This document shows positions 26,262 to 29,727 of a stretch of 29,727 nt of DNA, in pieces (positions within the stretch are counted from its first letter, which is position 1; every line of letters begins with the position of its first letter). Below the pieces are notes generated by a model that was not told where the DNA came from, ran no database searches, and saw only the letters and a program-made list of their open reading frames with translations. The stretch lies in the NCBI GenBank assembly GCA_038045565.1, contig JBBSXX010000138.1, positions 1-29,727 on the forward strand, in the 5' to 3' direction. The DNA comes from Nanobdellota archaeon. Its GTDB lineage: Archaea; Nanobdellota; Nanobdellia; Pacearchaeales; GW2011-AR1. The position numbers and the translations under genes were made by a program.

Positions 26262-26723
26262 TTAACCTGCAGAATTAGAGCTTTTTTTGAAGTTTAAAAT
26301 ATTATATGTTTGAGAAAGTATATGATTATAATTAAAACCATAATAAGTTATACTCACAAAGTCCAAGAATTCATGAAATAAAAATCCAATTAATATGAAA
26401 AAGAAGATGTTGAAGAAGAATGCCACAATTAAAACAAGAATTAGAGCTTCTATTCCGTGTAATAAGCAAGGATTTGTTAGAGCTTTTTTTCTTTGTTCTT
26501 TTGATAATGAAAGATAATACTTATTCTTTTCATAAAACCATTTAAATGCATGCTTTGGGTTAAGGTCTTTTTTATGAAAAACATAAAACAAGTAGTGATC
26601 TATGTCAATCATAAATGTAGCTATCCATATTGTAAAAAAACCTAATAAGCCAATTTTAGGAAATAAATTAAACAAAACAAGTGAAAATACCAAACCTAGA
26701 ATTATATGTGTTTTAGGAAGCAT
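26262..26723 (-). CDS. YdjM-like membrane metal-dependent hydrolase
   Basis: THIILG, IDIDH, LLHG and FHEFLD metal-ligand pattern with hydrophobic segments. Confidence 0.65.
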   Translation of the reverse strand: MLPKTHIILGLVFSLVLFNLFPKIGLLGFFTIWIATFMIDIDHYLFYVFHKKDLNPKHAFKWFYEKNKYYLSLSKEQRKKALTNPCLLHGIEALILVLIVAFFFNIFFFILIGFLFHEFLDFVSITYYGFNYNHILSQTYNILNFKKSSNSAG

Positions 26724-26724
26724 T

Positions 26725-28257
26725 TTATTCTTTATCTATTAGTTTTATCATATCAGCAAAGGCTGGTCTAGTTACTAAAACAGCGATAGTTATACCTAAA
26801 ATTGTTGTAACTGCAAATCCTTTAAATAATCCTGCTCCTGCCCAATAAAGAGGGATTAATGAAACAAAAGAAACTGCGAATGTTGAGAATACTATAAATA
26901 AAGCTCCTTTAATTTTTTCTTTAAGACTAAGAAGTCTTTTAGATCTAGCTTCATCAAGGATAACTATCTGCATATCTACGCCTGTTCCAATTGTAACAAG
27001 TATACCAACAATGCTCGGCAGATCTAAATTCCAGTTAATTACAGCTGCAAAACCTAAGATAATTAAAATTTCTGAGAAACTAGTGAATAGAAGTGCTAGA
27101 GATGCTTTAATTTTTCTGTATCTTACGAAAACAATTAATGAAACTAAAAATATACCTACAATCCCGGTTAAAAGTATTGCAAAAATAAACTTATCTCCGA
27201 GTGTTGGAGATATAGTATCTAACTTAACAATTTCTAATTTATATGGAAGACTTCCTGTAAGAAGAATAGTCTGCATTTGCTTCATAGAAGCTTCGGCATC
27301 TTTTATTGCAGAATCTCTATCTGTTCCTGTTCCGCTACCTTGGATTTGTATTTGGGATGTTTCTCTTCCTTTAAGCTCTTCTGAAATAAATAGAGAAGTT
27401 GTTAATTTATCATCAACAAAAAAGTCTATTTGTTTTTCTAAATATCTTTGGGAACCTTCAGTAACATTCGCTTGCAACTTACCAGTTATTTTTGCATGTC
27501 TTTTTGCTGCCTCTTCGCTTAAATGAATTACAAAATGATATCTACATGAAAAGCCAGTTTGTACAGCTTGGCATGATTCTATTGTTGCGCAATTTGCATC
27601 ATTTCTACAAACATAAGTTATATCTTCATTTCCTCCAATGAAAACTGTTTCGTTTCCGATTTTTGCTTCAAATTTACCCTGCTGAGAAATTAAATTGTCT
27701 AAATCTTTTGGACTTGCACCTGCAATTTCAACCAACATATAATTTGTGCCTGTAAGATCGCTTACAGATCGAATGCTTACATCACTAATTCCATAAACAT
27801 TAAATCTTTCACTACTTATGGCAATAAGATCATTTAATTGTTGAGTCGTTATATTCTGATCTGGTTTAACTAATGCCCTTGCACCTCCTTGAAGATCTAA
27901 ACCTGTTTTAAGATGAGTTTTGGGAATATCTGCAACAATGATATCTAAAGACTTCTCTGTGAAAAAAGATAGAGTATCTTTATTAGTTTTAATAACAACC
28001 TTTGAAGAAATATTTGAACTATTACGTAGATAGTCTACTGCAGCAGCATAATCTTCAAATTTTGATATTTGTTTATCATTTATAGCAGTAATTATATCTC
28101 CTTGCCTTAAACCGGAAATAAATGCAGAGGAATTTGCATCTACACTTTTAACAATCACTCCTTCTTTAAGGAATAAAGGGGGAAAACTAAAAATTGCTAA
28201 TAGTGAAAATACAAGAAGAATCATCAATAGCCATATTCTCCAAGTTAATTTAAGCAT
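26725..28257 (-). CDS. secD: Preprotein translocase subunit SecD with PDZ-like insertion
   Basis: TGLDLQGG, ISPTLG, LDLPSIVG, GTGVD and LFKGFAVTT motifs. ATG 28257 overlaps the secF stop; 28272 is an alternative start. Confidence 0.92.
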   Translation of the reverse strand: MLKLTWRIWLLMILLVFSLLAIFSFPPLFLKEGVIVKSVDANSSAFISGLRQGDIITAINDKQISKFEDYAAAVDYLRNSSNISSKVVIKTNKDTLSFFTEKSLDIIVADIPKTHLKTGLDLQGGARALVKPDQNITTQQLNDLIAISSERFNVYGISDVSIRSVSDLTGTNYMLVEIAGASPKDLDNLISQQGKFEAKIGNETVFIGGNEDITYVCRNDANCATIESCQAVQTGFSCRYHFVIHLSEEAAKRHAKITGKLQANVTEGSQRYLEKQIDFFVDDKLTTSLFISEELKGRETSQIQIQGSGTGTDRDSAIKDAEASMKQMQTILLTGSLPYKLEIVKLDTISPTLGDKFIFAILLTGIVGIFLVSLIVFVRYRKIKASLALLFTSFSEILIILGFAAVINWNLDLPSIVGILVTIGTGVDMQIVILDEARSKRLLSLKEKIKGALFIVFSTFAVSFVSLIPLYWAGAGLFKGFAVTTILGITIAVLVTRPAFADMIKLIDKE

Positions 28258-29332
28258 TTTTTCTCTCCACATACCATTTTATCATTGCAGCATTAGTAAC
28301 CCATGTATTAACTATATCAAAAAATAGCCCGATTGCAAGTATTGTAAATATTTGCTCTAGTATTTTTGAGTAAGAAGAAGTTATAATTAAACCAACTAGA
28401 ATAACTGCAATTGCTGTTAAAGTCATAGTCATTCCTGTTTTAAATGCTCCAAATATTTTTGCATTTACAGAACCTTCAGATCTTCTTAAAACTCTAGCTG
28501 TAAGTAAAATATCTGTATCAATACTATACCCAATTAACATTAAAAATGCAATTATTCCTCCGCTTGATACTTCCATACCTAATAAATTTACTATTGTAAG
28601 AGTCATTACAATATCTGTAAATGCTGCAAATATAACTGCTGCTGCAGGTATACTATATTTTATAGCCAAAACTACTATTAGAATTATTAAAGCAAATGAT
28701 AAAACAAATGCTACTGGAATTGAAATAGCTTTTAGAAAGAAGAAAAGTAAAGGAGGAATTAATACTAAAACAACTAAACTATATTTAAGTTTTTTATTAT
28801 CTGAAAATATAAAGAACACAACAGTCCCCATAAAAATAAATGAAAATAATATTGCTAATAGTATTTGAAGATAAAATCCCTGTCCAATTACTGCTCCTGT
28901 GAACTCAATACTGCTATTTGATTGGTCTAAATTGATAGATAAGTATTTTTCTAGAAAGGGCATTACTTCTTTAGAATCTGCACTAGTTTCTACTATAAAT
29001 CCTATTTGTTCACCTGAAAATAAATCAGAAACCTCCCTTATAGAAACCTCTCCAAATTGAGACTCTAATTGGGCTTGTAAAGCATCTATATCTGTGGGTA
29101 TATTAACTTGTATAGATGTACCCCCTGTAAGAGAAATATCTCTTTTTACTATGTCTCCATGTTGGACATAAAAAAATGCCAGAAAAATTAAAGATAAAAT
29201 CAATAAAATTATTGGGATGAATAAAATTATTTTATACTGTTTGTCATAAAAATGACTTAAATTTTTTAAACTATCTTTAAAGTTTTTTTTATTAGATTCT
29301 TTATGCTCAGATTGTGAAGTTTGTTCTGACAT
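28250..29332 (-). CDS. secF: Preprotein translocase subunit SecF
   Basis: DISLTGG, LMLIGYSIDTDILL, TGMTMTLT and GLFFDIVNTW motifs. Confidence 0.92.
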   Translation of the reverse strand: MSEQTSQSEHKESNKKNFKDSLKNLSHFYDKQYKIILFIPIILLILSLIFLAFFYVQHGDIVKRDISLTGGTSIQVNIPTDIDALQAQLESQFGEVSIREVSDLFSGEQIGFIVETSADSKEVMPFLEKYLSINLDQSNSSIEFTGAVIGQGFYLQILLAILFSFIFMGTVVFFIFSDNKKLKYSLVVLVLIPPLLFFFLKAISIPVAFVLSFALIILIVVLAIKYSIPAAAVIFAAFTDIVMTLTIVNLLGMEVSSGGIIAFLMLIGYSIDTDILLTARVLRRSEGSVNAKIFGAFKTGMTMTLTAIAVILVGLIITSSYSKILEQIFTILAIGLFFDIVNTWVTNAAMIKWYVERKNA

Positions 29333-29369
29333 TTTATAACAAATATAAAATAGCTACAAAATAGGGTAT

Positions 29370-29467
29370 TTAAAATCTACGTAGTAGATTTTAAGCCAAG
29401 AAAACATACTTGTTTTCTGGATCCAAAGAATCCTTGATTCTTTTGGCCACAAGAATCAGAGATTCTT
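29370..29467. repeat. Four consecutive short inverted repeats
   Basis: 29370..29394 (11-bp perfect), 29396..29420, 29423..29446 and 29451..29467 (7-bp perfect), all read directly. Confidence 0.85.
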
Positions 29468-29486
29468 AATGTTTAAATTATATGAA

Positions 29487-29588
29487 TGCGCCAGCCGGGA
29501 ATCGAACCCGGATCAATTGGTCTCTTCTGAATATCTTTTTAGTTATAATCAGTGGAAGCCAATGATTCTACCATTAAACCACCGGCGC
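29487..29588 (-). tRNA. tRNA-Gly(TCC) with 31-nt intron at 37/38 (intron 29522..29552); CCA not encoded
   Basis: Acceptor GCGCCGG/CTGGCGC+A, anticodon stem ATTGG/CCAAT, T-arm CCGGG-TTCGATT-CCCGG. Canonical BHB: CTTC/GAAG central helix with bulges CA|C and AG|A. Confidence 0.95.
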
Positions 29589-29632
29589 AATGTTTATATG
29601 TATTTTAGACTGGTTTTAAATCTTATTGTTAA

Positions 29633-29673
29633 CGCGCCCGAAAGGATTTGAACCTTTGACCTTTGGGTTAGGA
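29633..29673 (-). pseudogene. Isolated tRNA 3' half (anticodon CCT through acceptor strand)
   Basis: T-CCT-AA, CCCAA, AGGTC, AAAGG-TTCAAAT-CCTTT, CGGGCGC-G. No D-arm or 5' acceptor strand precedes it. Confidence 0.6.
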
Positions 29674-29727
29674 CGCCCGAGATAGGATTTGAACCTACAA
29701 CCTTCAGCTTAGGACGCTGCCGCTCTA
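29674..29727 (-). tRNA. tRNA with CCT anticodon (Arg-type), 5' end beyond the window edge
   Basis: ..TAGAGC-G-GCAGC-GTCCTAA-GCTGA-AGGTT-GTAGG-TTCAAAT-CCTAT-CTCGGGC-G. Atypical G32 and G27.A43 mismatch. Confidence 0.6.

Noticed and set aside
27011-27526. 171-aa + strand ORF
   Set aside because: Antisense to the secD TM region; such hydrophobic-codon shadows are common.
29372-29392. TCTAC-N3-GTAGA stem resembling a Cas12a direct repeat
   Set aside because: Single copy, lacks the AATTT 5' handle, has no spacers, and no cas gene is in the window. No CRISPR array was seen anywhere.
29469-29651. 60-aa + strand ORF
   Set aside because: Antisense to tRNA-Gly and the tRNA fragment.
29633-29690. Canonical 37/38 trans-spliced or permuted tRNA reading of the 3' half
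   Set aside because: A BHB at 37/38 would need the partner's positions 32-35 to be GGAC, which is incompatible with Y32-U33. No 5' half follows downstream, so a permuted gene is also unsupported. Non-canonical splits remain open.

Overview
A very AT-rich archaeal window, most likely from a DPANN lineage (Pacearchaeota/Woesearchaeota-like). Support for this: a tRNA-Gly gene with a canonical bulge-helix-bulge intron, an aIF5A-type protein, archaeal secF-then-secD order, and TATA-like boxes about 20-30 nt before start codons with few Shine-Dalgarno sites. The exact lineage is inference. About 26 kb is a cell-surface glycosylation island. It holds two GT-C (PMT/ArnT-like) membrane transferases, GT2 x2, GT4 x2, GT9, GT34, a Wzx/MOP flippase, four SAM methyltransferases, GDP-mannose 4,6-dehydratase plus a perosamine-synthase-type aminotransferase, a heptose-1-P nucleotidyltransferase, and a CE4 deacetylase back-to-back with a PAPS sulfotransferase. 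Mixed in are a B12 radical SAM enzyme, a HIT/GalT-like protein, a nucleoside deoxyribosyltransferase-like protein, queC and a 63-aa N-domain-only aIF5A homolog. The window ends with secDF and tRNA genes. Most notable: a bacterial-LPS-type heptose module in an archaeon, the half-size aIF5A, a 382-aa LAGLIDADG+HTH intein in gmd, the NDST-like deacetylase/sulfotransferase pair, four consecutive hairpins upstream of secF, and a tRNA(CCT) fused to a second, different tRNA 3' half. All calls come from motif reading; no database search was run.
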